Of a stretch of 32,000 bases of DNA, positions 16,924 through 25,595 are shown piece by piece. The position numbers and the translations under genes were made by a program. Under the pieces are notes generated by a model. That model made no database searches. It was not told where the DNA came from and was given only the letters and a program-made list of their open reading frames with translations. Source of the DNA: Actinomycetales bacterium (GTDB taxonomy: Bacteria > Actinomycetota > Actinomycetes > Actinomycetales > Dermatophilaceae); contig JADKAO010000001.1 in assembly GCA_016715285.1 (NCBI GenBank), positions 85,307-117,306 of the forward strand. Direction: 5' to 3'. Numbering within the stretch: position 1 is the first letter of the stretch; every line of letters begins with the position of its first letter.

Positions 16924-17720
16924 GCGCTCGCTTCATCGCGGCGATGCGGGTCCTCTTCGTGGGCGGCATCATCTCCTTCCGCGGGCTGTTCAACTGGCTC
17001 AACCCCTACATCTACGTGCCGACCATGCTTGTCGCGCCGATCTTCCAGGTGCTGCTCTTCGCCTACATCGGGCGCTCGGCAGCGGTCGCGAATGACGCCT
17101 TCTACCTTGTCGGCAACGCCGTCCAATACGCCTCGATCCCATGCCTTTTCGCGATGGCCAACACGATCGCGGGGGAGCGGTGGACCCAGACCTTGGGAAT
17201 TGTCTTGGCGACCCCTGCGAATCGGGTCGCGCTCTTTGTGGGGCGGTCTCTGCCGGTCATCGTCAATGGCGGCTTTGTCGCGCTCTTCACGCTCGCCGTG
17301 GGGGCGCGGGTCCTCGGGGTGACCATCCCGGCGGGGGCGTGGCCCGGGGTCTTGTGTGCCATCGCAGTGGCCTCCGCCTCGTGCACGGGGCTGGGGTTGC
17401 TCCAGGCGGCGCTCGCGTTGCGCGTGCGGAGCACCGCCGTCTTGTCGAACATCGTCTTCGGAGTGTTGCTCGTCTTCTGTGGCGCCAATGTCGCGCTCGA
17501 CGCCATGCCCGCGTGGATGGCCTCGGTCGGGCGAGTGCTGCCCCTCACCCATGCGATCCAAGCCTGCCGCGAGATCGTCGCAGGGTCCGCCGTGGGAGAC
17601 GTGCTCGGCCTGCTGGGGCGCGAGGCAGCCGTCGGCGGGGTGTATGCCGTGCTCGGCCTGGTTGCGCTGCGCTTCGTCGAAGACCAGAGCCGCCGTCGCG
17701 CCACCCTCGAACTCCAGTAG
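16920..17720 (+). CDS. ABC-2 type transporter permease (second subunit)
   Basis: ATG at 16920 overlaps the upstream stop (ATGA). The protein MSARFIAAMRVLFVGGIISF... is multi-TM. The upstream part of listed ORF 16689..17720 is an off-frame shadow. Confidence 0.8.
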   Translation: MSARFIAAMRVLFVGGIISFRGLFNWLNPYIYVPTMLVAPIFQVLLFAYIGRSAAVANDAFYLVGNAVQYASIPCLFAMANTIAGERWTQTLGIVLATPANRVALFVGRSLPVIVNGGFVALFTLAVGARVLGVTIPAGAWPGVLCAIAVASASCTGLGLLQAALALRVRSTAVLSNIVFGVLLVFCGANVALDAMPAWMASVGRVLPLTHAIQACREIVAGSAVGDVLGLLGREAAVGGVYAVLGLVALRFVEDQSRRRATLELQ

Positions 17721-17754
17721 CGCACCAGGTCGTGATTCACTGCGGAGTCGCGCT

Positions 17755-18228
17755 TTAGAGCCAGCGGCGGACGCGCGCGGCATACTCCGTGTATGCCGCG
17801 CCGAAGCGGTTGGTGAGGTAGCGCTCTTCCCGCGCGATGACGAAGTGGTTCATGACCCAGATGATTAGCGGCAGGAGCGCGATCGCGAGCCAGGCACCGG
17901 TGACGACCGCAACGCCGAGGTAGATCAGCGCGTCGCCGAGGTAGATCGGGTTGCGGGTGCGCTGATAGATTCCTGCGCTGACGAGAGTGGCGACTTCGTG
18001 CCACGGGATCACCGTCGTCCGGTGGTCGATCAGGGCCTTGCCGCCAGCGACAAATACGCCGACGCCCAGGGCCACGAGCAGAGCCCCCACGACAAGGCGG
18101 ACCGAGCCTCCGCTCGTTGCGAGCGGTCCCGGCCATGACCCCCTCCATTGGGCCAGGATTGCGGCCACGAGGGGTGCGAGGAACACCAGCGGCGGGAGTA
18201 GCCGCACGTTGGCACCTCGGCGCGCCAT
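17755..18228 (-). CDS. Isoprenylcysteine carboxyl methyltransferase (ICMT)/phospholipid methyltransferase family membrane protein
   Basis: Motifs RTRNPIYLGDALIYLG and EERYLTNRFGAAYTEYAARV. ATG at 18228 lies 1 nt after the EamA stop. Confidence 0.75.
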   Translation of the reverse strand: MARRGANVRLLPPLVFLAPLVAAILAQWRGSWPGPLATSGGSVRLVVGALLVALGVGVFVAGGKALIDHRTTVIPWHEVATLVSAGIYQRTRNPIYLGDALIYLGVAVVTGAWLAIALLPLIIWVMNHFVIAREERYLTNRFGAAYTEYAARVRRWL

Positions 18229-18229
18229 G

Positions 18230-19252
18230 TCAGCGCTCCACTGGGGCAGGAGCTTCAGGCGCGATGACACCGTCCGCGCGACGAGCCTCAGTGCGATCCG
18301 GGAGGCCAATGACCAAGGCGGCGCCCATGACGATTGCTGCGCCGAGGAGTTCGGCCCACGTGAGCCGCTCATGCAGGAGCACAACACCGAGCAGGACGGC
18401 GACGATCGGGATGAAGTAGGTCACCGTCGAGGACACCTGCTGACCGACCGCCCGGAAGACATCGAACTGCAGCGCGTAGGCGAGGCCAGTGCCGAGGACC
18501 CCCAGTGCGAGCAGTCCGAGCAACGCAGCCGCGAGCCCGCTGCCTCCCGGCCGCATCGACCATGGTGCCGCGAGTTCGCCGCGCTGCAGGGCCCACCAGA
18601 CGACCAAGACCGTTGTGATTTGCCCTGCGGCAGAAAGCAATTGGGCCGTCGGCAGCGCTAATCCGCCGAGGTCGGCATCGGCCAAGAACCGCTTGATATA
18701 GGTCCACCCGATGCCGTAACACGACCCAGCCACCAGGGTCATCCCGAAACCCACGAGATCGGGTCGACCCACCGCCTCCCACGGCGACATGATGACCACC
18801 ACGCCCACAAATCCCACGACCACGGCGAGCAGCTTGCGCGCGGGGAGCCGCTCGTGAGGCAAGAGCAAAGCGGTCATGACGACGGTCGCCAGGGGAGTGG
18901 CAGCGTTGCCGATGCCAGCGAGCGCCGAACTCACCCGCTCCTCGCCAAGGGGGAAGAGCAGGAACGGCAGCGTGCACAGGAAGAGCGACGTCACTTGCAG
19001 GTGGGCCCAGATCCGCCACGACCGCGGCAGCCGGACCTTCGCGAATGATGCGAGGACGCCAGTGGTCAGTGCGCCCAGCGCGATCCGTCCGGCACCGACC
19101 TGCAGCGGCTGGAATGCCACGAGGGCGTACTTCATGAGCAGGAAACTCGACCCCCAGATCAGGGCGAGGGCAGCAAACTTGAGTTGCCAGGGCACCGCCC
19201 CTCGTCGGGTGCGACCGCGGCTTCCCGCTACGGCGGGGGTACTCACGCGCAC
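18230..19252 (-). CDS. EamA/DMT-family transporter
   Basis: About 10 TM helices and two EamA-like halves (LIWGSSFLLMKYAL...). Candidate GTG starts at 19252 and 19246 lie just after the upstream stop (19254-19256). The N-terminal 70 aa of the listed ORF overlap the upstream gene. Confidence 0.8.
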   Translation of the reverse strand: MRVSTPAVAGSRGRTRRGAVPWQLKFAALALIWGSSFLLMKYALVAFQPLQVGAGRIALGALTTGVLASFAKVRLPRSWRIWAHLQVTSLFLCTLPFLLFPLGEERVSSALAGIGNAATPLATVVMTALLLPHERLPARKLLAVVVGFVGVVVIMSPWEAVGRPDLVGFGMTLVAGSCYGIGWTYIKRFLADADLGGLALPTAQLLSAAGQITTVLVVWWALQRGELAAPWSMRPGGSGLAAALLGLLALGVLGTGLAYALQFDVFRAVGQQVSSTVTYFIPIVAVLLGVVLLHERLTWAELLGAAIVMGAALVIGLPDRTEARRADGVIAPEAPAPVER

Positions 19253-19253
19253 C

Positions 19254-19930
19254 TCACCGGCCGCTCTCCAAACGCTGCACAATCGACCCAGGCAGCGGTA
19301 TGCCGTGTTGCTCCGGTGCCGCCTCTGGCTCACCAAAGACGGTGCGCACGGGCAGGACGCCGCGCCAGATCGATGGGTCTTCGTCAGGCTCTGGGCCGGG
19401 GCCGCCGGTGCGGGCCTTGACCGTCCACTCGGCGGTCGCGATGGGCATCCGTAGGACGGTCGTGGCGGCATACTCCTTGCGGGTGGAGTGGCGCACTTCG
19501 GCTGGCCGACCGGGCATGACGCGCTCGGAGAGGGTGACCACGGCCTGTTCGGCGGCGGAGCCGGTGAGCACCTCGACCGGACCGCTCAAGACCGCTGAGC
19601 GATAGTTGGCGCTGGACTCGAAAAGCGATGCAGCGTAGACGAATCCGTCAAGAATGCTGACGCAGAAGGTCGCCAGAGCGCCATCGGCGAGTGCGCGCAA
19701 CGTGCCTGCACCCGTCGAGCCGTGGAAGAGGATGGAGTCGCCGTCCCGGCCGTAAAGGATGGGGATGCTCTGGACCCTCGAGCGGTCGAGGTGTGACTCC
19801 CAGAACGTCCGGGATCGTCGACTGAGCCGGGCAGGACAATCGACAACGTCCCCACCCAGGTGGCATCGAGCACGGCATACAGCTGATCGAGTTCGTGCTG
19901 AGCACGTTCGGCGAGGCGGCGGATGGGCAT
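19254..19930 (-). pseudogene. Pyridoxamine 5'-phosphate oxidase-like FMN-binding protein (Pyridox_ox_2 / NimA-like), apparent frameshift
   Basis: The N-terminus MPIRRLAERAQHELDQLYAVLDATWVGTLSIV is in one frame (ATG 19930). The conserved body IPILYGRDGDSILFHGSTGAGTLRALADGAL...SSANYRSAVL...PGRPAEVR...TVLRMPI is in another frame, ending at 19254. The frame switch falls between about 19768 and 19835. Confidence 0.6.
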
Positions 19931-20003
19931 AGGCCCGATCCTGCCGTGCCGACGACTCGCGTGCATCCGTGTTTCACGCCGCTCGGTGCAAGCCCCTCGG
20001 ACA

Positions 20004-20944
20004 TCACGCGTCGGGTGCCGCCCGGAGCCGTTCCAGGGTGACGCGGGCTGCGGCGAGCGCGGCGTCGGCTTCCTCGCGAGCGACCTCGGCAGCAGCGAGC
20101 GCATCATCTGTCGCGTCGCGGTGCGCGCGCGCACGGACCAATTCCTTTTGCAGGCTCGCGACACGGGTGTGGGCAAGCTCGGCTTCGGCCGCGAGGACAC
20201 CGCAGCGAGCCGTGGCAGCCGTCGCGGCCGACATGGCGGTGTGGAGGGCAGCTTCGGCGTCAGCAAGCTCGGGGGAGCGCGTGGGAGCGGTCGTATCCGG
20301 GGGTGTTGCCGTGCCAGAGCGAGCGGCGGTGCCCGAGGCGGCGCTCCCGGTCGGGCCAGCCGAGCGCACCGACGGGCCGGACATGGGGCCCGTGGGAACG
20401 AGGCGCAGGGGACGGGCGGTGGCATCTCGGATATCGACATCGCCGAATCCGGCATACCCAACGCCCTCGTGAGGCGTCCAGAGACCACGGCCTCGGTGGC
20501 AGAGGGGCTGGCGAGCGCCGCGACGAAGGTGGCCCCCGCGTCGCGCGCCGCCGCGGCAGTGAGGCGGCCACCAGCCTCGGCGACGACCGTGGCGAGGGTT
20601 GCGACGAGCTCGTCGACAAGTGCGGTGCGTGAGCGCGCCAAAGCCGTCATCCGGGCGCCGTCTAGCCGCTCCTGCGCGTCGCGCAACTCCGCCGCCAGAT
20701 CGGCGAGTCGATCGAGGTCGTCGGGGCGCTTGCGGGCCATGAGGTTGACCGCCCAGGCGGCAGCTGTCGGTTTGCGCAGCGTCTTGATGGCCGCGGCGGC
20801 GTCAGTGTCTCCGTCTGCTTTGGCCGCTGCGACCAGGCGTGCGCGGCTGGGCAAGAACTCTTCCAGCGGGGTCCCGTAGAGCTCGTCGACGGCCTCATCG
20901 AGCCGTCCATCTGCTCCTGGGGAGACGGAATCCATGCCGGTCAT
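20004..20944 (-). pseudogene. Conserved actinobacterial hypothetical protein (Ala-rich, coiled-coil C-terminus), apparent frameshift
   Basis: Codon-biased reading MTGMDSV...EAVVSGRLTRALG from ATG 20944 switches near 20457-20460 to the frame reading YAGFGDVDIRDATARPL...ERLRAAPDA*, with its stop at 20004. Both halves have high GC3. Listed ORF 19586..21331 is the read-through shadow. Confidence 0.5.
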
Positions 20945-20969
20945 GGTGCCACGGCTAGGCTGACGCGCT

Positions 20970-21737
20970 ATGGATGGACGCCCGCTCGCAGTGGCAGTTA
21001 TCGGCGCCAACGGCAGGATGGGATCGACCGTATGCCGGGCGGTCGAGGCCGCGCCCGACCTGCGGCTGGTCGGCCGGTACGACCAAGGCGACGACCTCGG
21101 TGACCTTGGCGGCGCTGACGTGGTCGTCGAGTTCTCGGTGCCGGATGCGTCGCTGGGCAACGTGCTGGCCTGCGTCGAACGCGGCGTCCACGTGGTCGTC
21201 GGCACGACGGGCTGGGGTGACGTCAAGCTGGCGCGCCTCGCTGCGGCTGTCACGGCTGCACCGCCATCACGGGGTGGGACGGGGGTGGGCGTTCTCATCG
21301 CCCCGAACTTCGCCCTCGGTGCCATCCTCATGATGAACTTCGCGGCCCAGGCGGCTCGGTTCTTCGAGTCGGTCGAGGTCGTCGAGTTACATCACCCCGC
21401 CAAGGTCGATGCCCCATCGGGCACGGCAGCGCGGACTGCGGACCTCATCGGCGCCGCGCGCGACGCAGCTGGGCTTGGTCCTGTCCCAGACGCGACCACG
21501 CAGGATCCGGACGGCGCGCGCGGTGCGCGGGTGCACGGCATACCCGTCCATGCCTTGCGGGTGCGGGGGCTGGTTGCGCACCAAGAAGTGATCTTTGGCA
21601 ACGTGGGGGAGACGCTCACGATCCGGCACGACTCGCTGGATCGCGAGTCCTTTATGGCCGGAGTGTTGACCGGCGTGCGGCGCGTGGCCGACCACCCGGG
21701 CGTGACCGTGGGCCTCGAACACTACTTGGGCCTCTAA
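20970..21737 (+). CDS. dapB: 4-hydroxy-tetrahydrodipicolinate reductase
   Basis: Motifs VAVIGANGRMG, VVGTTGW and ELHHPAKVDAPSGTA. Confidence 0.9.
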   Translation: MDGRPLAVAVIGANGRMGSTVCRAVEAAPDLRLVGRYDQGDDLGDLGGADVVVEFSVPDASLGNVLACVERGVHVVVGTTGWGDVKLARLAAAVTAAPPSRGGTGVGVLIAPNFALGAILMMNFAAQAARFFESVEVVELHHPAKVDAPSGTAARTADLIGAARDAAGLGPVPDATTQDPDGARGARVHGIPVHALRVRGLVAHQEVIFGNVGETLTIRHDSLDRESFMAGVLTGVRRVADHPGVTVGLEHYLGL

Positions 21738-21746
21738 CGCCCGACC

Positions 21747-22061
21747 TCACGACCAGCCGAGGGCGCGCAGGACAGCGGCGGTGATCGCACCGAGCGCCAC
21801 CACCGCGATGAAGGGCGCGCGCAGGACCAGAGCGATCGCCGCGACGACAACCGCGACGGCGCGCGCATCCACGACGATCGACCCGCCTGGCCCCCCGAGG
21901 GTCTGCACGACGACAAGGGATGCCAGCAAGGCGACCGGCAGCATTGCAGTGATCCGACGGGTCCGGCGACCGCTCAGCCACGCCTCGGGGACGACATGGC
22001 CCGCGAGTTTGGTCAAGAAGGCGACCGCGCACGCGATCAGGACCGCGACCCACAACGTCAT
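21747..22061 (-). CDS. azlD: AzlD-family branched-chain amino acid transport protein
   Basis: 104-aa hydrophobic protein. 4-nt overlap with azlC. Confidence 0.7.
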   Translation of the reverse strand: MTLWVAVLIACAVAFLTKLAGHVVPEAWLSGRRTRRITAMLPVALLASLVVVQTLGGPGGSIVVDARAVAVVVAAIALVLRAPFIAVVALGAITAAVLRALGWS

Positions 22062-22741
22062 GGGGTCGCCCCCTCATGCGCAGCCCGGCGGGGCCACAGC
22101 CCAACCCCAACAGCGGCAAGCACCGCAACCAGCACGGGTATGCCGGGTGGCGCGTGCGGCACGGTGAGCAGCGTGAGTGCCACGGCCGCAGTCGCCGTGG
22201 CTGCGGCATCCCGGGAGCGCAGCCGCGGCCACAGGAGGGCGATGAAAGCTGCCGCAGCCGCCCCGTCCAGACCCCATCGACGTGGGTCGCCCATCGCGTT
22301 GCCGAGGATCGCGCCGAGCAGCGTGAACGCATTCCAGAAGATGTAGACGGCGATCCCCGTCGTCCAAAACCCTTGTCTGCGAAGCTCATCGGTCGGTTGC
22401 ACAATGCCGACGACGGTCGACTCATCGATCGTCAACTGTGCTGCGGCCAGGCGACGCGGCCCGCGCACATCGAGGAACCGCGCCACTTGCAGCCCATAGA
22501 GCCCATTGCGGATGCCGAGCAAGCTCGCCGCTGCGATCGCCGCGAGCCCGGCCCCGCCCGACCCAATGACCCCGACGAAAGCGAACTGCGATCCTCCGGT
22601 GAACATGAGGGTGGACAGAGCCACCGTCTGCCATACGTCCAGCCCCGAGGCGACGCTCAGCGCTCCAAACGAAATGCCATAGGCACCTGTCGCGATCCCC
22701 ACTGACCAGGATTGGCGCGACACCTGGCGAGCTGTCGTCAT
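22058..22741 (-). CDS. azlC: AzlC-family branched-chain amino acid exporter subunit
   Basis: The reading MTTARQVSRQSWSVGIATGAYGISFGALSVASGL..MFTGGSQFAFVG fits AzlC. ATG at 22741 is internal to listed ORF 22058..22948. Confidence 0.8.
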   Translation of the reverse strand: MTTARQVSRQSWSVGIATGAYGISFGALSVASGLDVWQTVALSTLMFTGGSQFAFVGVIGSGGAGLAAIAAASLLGIRNGLYGLQVARFLDVRGPRRLAAAQLTIDESTVVGIVQPTDELRRQGFWTTGIAVYIFWNAFTLLGAILGNAMGDPRRWGLDGAAAAAFIALLWPRLRSRDAAATATAAVALTLLTVPHAPPGIPVLVAVLAAVGVGLWPRRAAHEGATP

Positions 22742-22821
22742 GCTTGTCGCGCCTTTCTCGGTGTCCTTGGGTGGGAGCGGTCCTCGACGCCACCCATGCG
22801 GCGGGCTGGTTTGATTGCCGG

Positions 22822-23253
22822 ATGACTCCATCACATGTGGCTGTGCGCCGAGGTCGACGCGCGCTGGGGTGGTGGCTCGCGGGGACTCTGATCGTAGGGC
22901 TCGCCGGCTGCTCTGCGTCCGCCGGTTCATCCCCCGAGGAAGCGGCACAGACCTTCTTCCGCTCGCTCGGCGCCAAAGACACCAAAGCCGCCTGCGGGGT
23001 CGTCGCGTATGCCGGCAAGCCCCTTGCCGGGGATGACCTCACCTTGTGTGCCTCCGGGTTTGACTCGGTTGTTGCAGTGGCGGGTGCCGACGATCTCACC
23101 GCGTTGCGTGGCTCTGCGGTGTCAGGGGCACAGGTTTACGGGGACAAGGCGACAGTTCGCGCCGACCAGCTCACTGGCGTGCCCACGGCATACCGGCAGG
23201 ATCTCGGGCTGGTGCGGGTCGACGGCCGCTGGTACCTCGACATCCCGCAGTAG
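22822..23253 (+). CDS. Putative lipoprotein of unknown function
   Basis: Signal peptide with lipobox LAGC (RRGRRALGWWLAGTLIVGLAGCSAS), followed by a small mature domain. ATG at 22822 is internal to listed ORF 22744..23253. Confidence 0.55.
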   Translation: MTPSHVAVRRGRRALGWWLAGTLIVGLAGCSASAGSSPEEAAQTFFRSLGAKDTKAACGVVAYAGKPLAGDDLTLCASGFDSVVAVAGADDLTALRGSAVSGAQVYGDKATVRADQLTGVPTAYRQDLGLVRVDGRWYLDIPQ

Positions 23254-23365
23254 TCCGCTGCCAGGTCGAGGAGCCGGACGCGGGCCGCGCATCCCGTGCC
23301 CGCGAGTGAGACCGGTCACGTCCTAGGACCCTTCTGACCCTACTGAGCGGTTCGGGCGCACAGAT

Positions 23366-24505
23366 TTGCCAGAAACTCAACCGTCCCAAGACATGGAGGT
23401 TGTCGGCGGTCGAGACCATACTGACCGTATGTACGGAAATGACTTCGGTGACTTCGATGACCCGGGCGCTGGCCCCCTCAATGCGGCAGACACCGGCGAG
23501 GTGGAGGCCGCTGCGGCCCACGCCGACCGTCGGGCCGAACTCGATCTGAGCGACTTCGACGCGATCATCGCGGCCGACCAGCGCATCGAGCCGCGTGACG
23601 CGATGCCGGAGGAATACCGGCAGACGCTGATCCGACAGATCGCCCAACACGCGCACTCCGAGATCATCGGGATGCAGCCTGAGGGCAACTGGCTGACGCG
23701 CGCTCCGTCGTTGCGGCGCAAGGCGATCCTCATCGCCAAGGTCCAGGATGAGGCGGGCCACGGGCTCTACCTCTACTCGGCCGCCGAGACCCTCGGCATC
23801 ACCCGTGAAGAGCTGCTCGACCGGCTCCACAACGGCAAGCAGAAGTACTCCTCGATCTTCAACTACCCGACGCTCACGTGGGCCGACATTGGCGCGATCG
23901 GCTGGCTGGTCGACGGCGCGGCGATCATGAACCAAGTGCCGCTCTGCCGCTGCTCCTACGGCCCCTACGCCCGCGCGATGATCCGCACCTGCAAGGAGGA
24001 GTCCTTCCACCAGCGGCAGGGCTTCGAAGCGCTGTGGGACCTCATGCGCGGCACCGAGGCCCAGCAGGCCATGGCCCAGGATGCGATCAACCGGTGGTGG
24101 TGGCCCGCCCTGGCGATGTTCGGCCCGCGCGACACTGGCGAACACGCCGTCAAGGGTGGACACACCGCGCAGTCCATGGCGTGGGGCATCAAGCGGTTCT
24201 CCAACGACGAGCTGCGTCAGCGCTTTGTCGACATGACCGTGCCGCAGGCCGAGCGCCTCGGGCTCAAACTCCCAGACCCCGAGCTCAAGTGGAACGAGGA
24301 GCGCGGTCACTACGACTTTGGCGAGATCGACTGGGACGAGTTCTGGCGCGTCCTCAAGGGCGACGGCGCCTGCAACGCCCAGCGCATGGAGCGCAGGGTC
24401 ACCTCACACAAGCAAGGCGCCTGGGTGCGCGACGCCGCGGCAGCGTATGCCGCAAAGTCGGAAGGCCGCAAGGCCGCCGCGAGCAATGAAGGAAGCGCAG
24501 CATGA
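23366..24505 (+). CDS. paaA: 1,2-phenylacetyl-CoA epoxidase subunit A
   Basis: Motifs [44 protein letters not shown] and [11 protein letters not shown] are di-iron ligand motifs. The start is uncertain (TTG 23366, ATG 23393, ATG 23429). Confidence 0.9.
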   Translation: MPETQPSQDMEVVGGRDHTDRMYGNDFGDFDDPGAGPLNAADTGEVEAAAAHADRRAELDLSDFDAIIAADQRIEPRDAMPEEYRQTLIRQIAQHAHSEIIGMQPEGNWLTRAPSLRRKAILIAKVQDEAGHGLYLYSAAETLGITREELLDRLHNGKQKYSSIFNYPTLTWADIGAIGWLVDGAAIMNQVPLCRCSYGPYARAMIRTCKEESFHQRQGFEALWDLMRGTEAQQAMAQDAINRWWWPALAMFGPRDTGEHAVKGGHTAQSMAWGIKRFSNDELRQRFVDMTVPQAERLGLKLPDPELKWNEERGHYDFGEIDWDEFWRVLKGDGACNAQRMERRVTSHKQGAWVRDAAAAYAAKSEGRKAAASNEGSAA

Positions 24506-24789
24506 CCGAGCCAACCCAGCCGCTCTTTGAGGTCTTCGTTCGGGCCAAGCGAGGTCTGTCGCACGTGCACGTCGGGTCAGTCCACGCCCCCGACGCGACC
24601 ATGGCTGTCCGCAACGCTCGTGACCTCTACACCCGCCGCCAAGAGGGTGTCTCGATCTGGGTCGTCGAGGCCAGCGACATCACCGCGAGCAGCCCCGACG
24701 AGAAGGACTCCTTCTTTGACCCGGCTGGCGACAAGGTCTACCGCCACCCGACCTTCTACACGGTGCCTGAGGACGTCGAATACCTATGA
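24502..24789 (+). CDS. paaB: 1,2-phenylacetyl-CoA epoxidase subunit B
   Basis: 95 aa reading [29 protein letters not shown] overlap with paaA. Confidence 0.9.
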   Translation: MTEPTQPLFEVFVRAKRGLSHVHVGSVHAPDATMAVRNARDLYTRRQEGVSIWVVEASDITASSPDEKDSFFDPAGDKVYRHPTFYTVPEDVEYL

Positions 24790-25595
24790 GCAGCGACACC
24801 GAGACAACTGCGGCAACCGCGACCGGAGGCCCGGCAACAGCGGGAGCAGCGCACACGGCATACCTGCTTGGTCTTGCCGATGACGCACTCATCTACTCTC
24901 ATCGGCTCTCCGAATGGCTGACCTGGGCGCCCATGCTCGAAGAAGACATGGCGATGGCCAATATCTCGCTCGACCTCATCGGTCAGGCGCGGTCCATCTA
25001 CACCTACGTCGGCTCGATCGATGGCACCAACCGCACCGAGGATGACCTCGCGTACTGGCGCGATGAGCGCGAGTTCCGCAATGTCCACCTCGTCGAGCAG
25101 CGCCGCGGCGACTTCGCGCAAGAGATGGCGAGGATGCTGTGGTTCGCGGCATACCAGAAGGGCCTGTATGCCGCGCTGTCGGGTTCGGCAGACGCGCAAC
25201 TGCGGGCGATCGCGGTCAAGGCGCTCAAAGAAGTTCGTTACCACTACGACCACGCCGCTCAATGGGCGGTCCGGCTGGGTGACGGCACCGGCGAGTCGCA
25301 CGACAAGATGCAAGCAGCGTTGACCTGGGTTGCGCCCTACGTTGCGGAGCTCTTCAGCGATGACGCCAATTCGGTTGCGGCAGCTGACGCGGGAGTCGGC
25401 GTGCTGCCGTCAACGCTTCAGGCTGCGGCGGCGAGCGCCGTTGCGGACGTGCTGCGCGAGGCGACGCTCGAGGCTCCCGCGGATTCACGTTGGCACGCCC
25501 GGGGAGGACGCGAGGGGGTGCACTCGGAGCCGATGGGTTACCTCCTGGCCGAGATGCAGCACCTGCCGCGGTCCCACCCGGGTGCGGCATGGTGA
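24786..25595 (+). CDS. paaC: 1,2-phenylacetyl-CoA epoxidase subunit C
   Basis: Position in the cluster, and LGLADDALIYSHRLSEWLTWAPMLEEDMAMANISLDLIGQAR is typical PaaC. Confidence 0.85.
   Translation: MSSDTETTAATATGGPATAGAAHTAYLLGLADDALIYSHRLSEWLTWAPMLEEDMAMANISLDLIGQARSIYTYVGSIDGTNRTEDDLAYWRDEREFRNVHLVEQRRGDFAQEMARMLWFAAYQKGLYAALSGSADAQLRAIAVKALKEVRYHYDHAAQWAVRLGDGTGESHDKMQAALTWVAPYVAELFSDDANSVAAADAGVGVLPSTLQAAAASAVADVLREATLEAPADSRWHARGGREGVHSEPMGYLLAEMQHLPRSHPGAAW

Noticed and set aside
16635-18148. Long minus-strand ORFs (382 aa and 348 aa) antisense to the ABC-2 permeases
   Set aside because: Their composition is extremely Arg/Pro/Gly-rich, and they lie opposite multi-TM genes with clear translational coupling. 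They are shadow ORFs.
19586-21331. 581-aa minus-strand ORF, the longest reading frame in this region
   Set aside because: It is a read-through shadow typical of high-GC DNA. Its middle is Arg/Pro/Ser-rich junk, and it only coincides with real coding sequence at the N-termini of two separate genes (starts 20944 and 19930).
23254-23365. PaaR/TetR-type operator upstream of paaA (GACCGGTC palindrome and an ACTGAGCGGTTCGG stretch)
   Set aside because: The resemblance to the published PaaR motif, as I remember it, is weak. No regulator gene is present in the window to support it.
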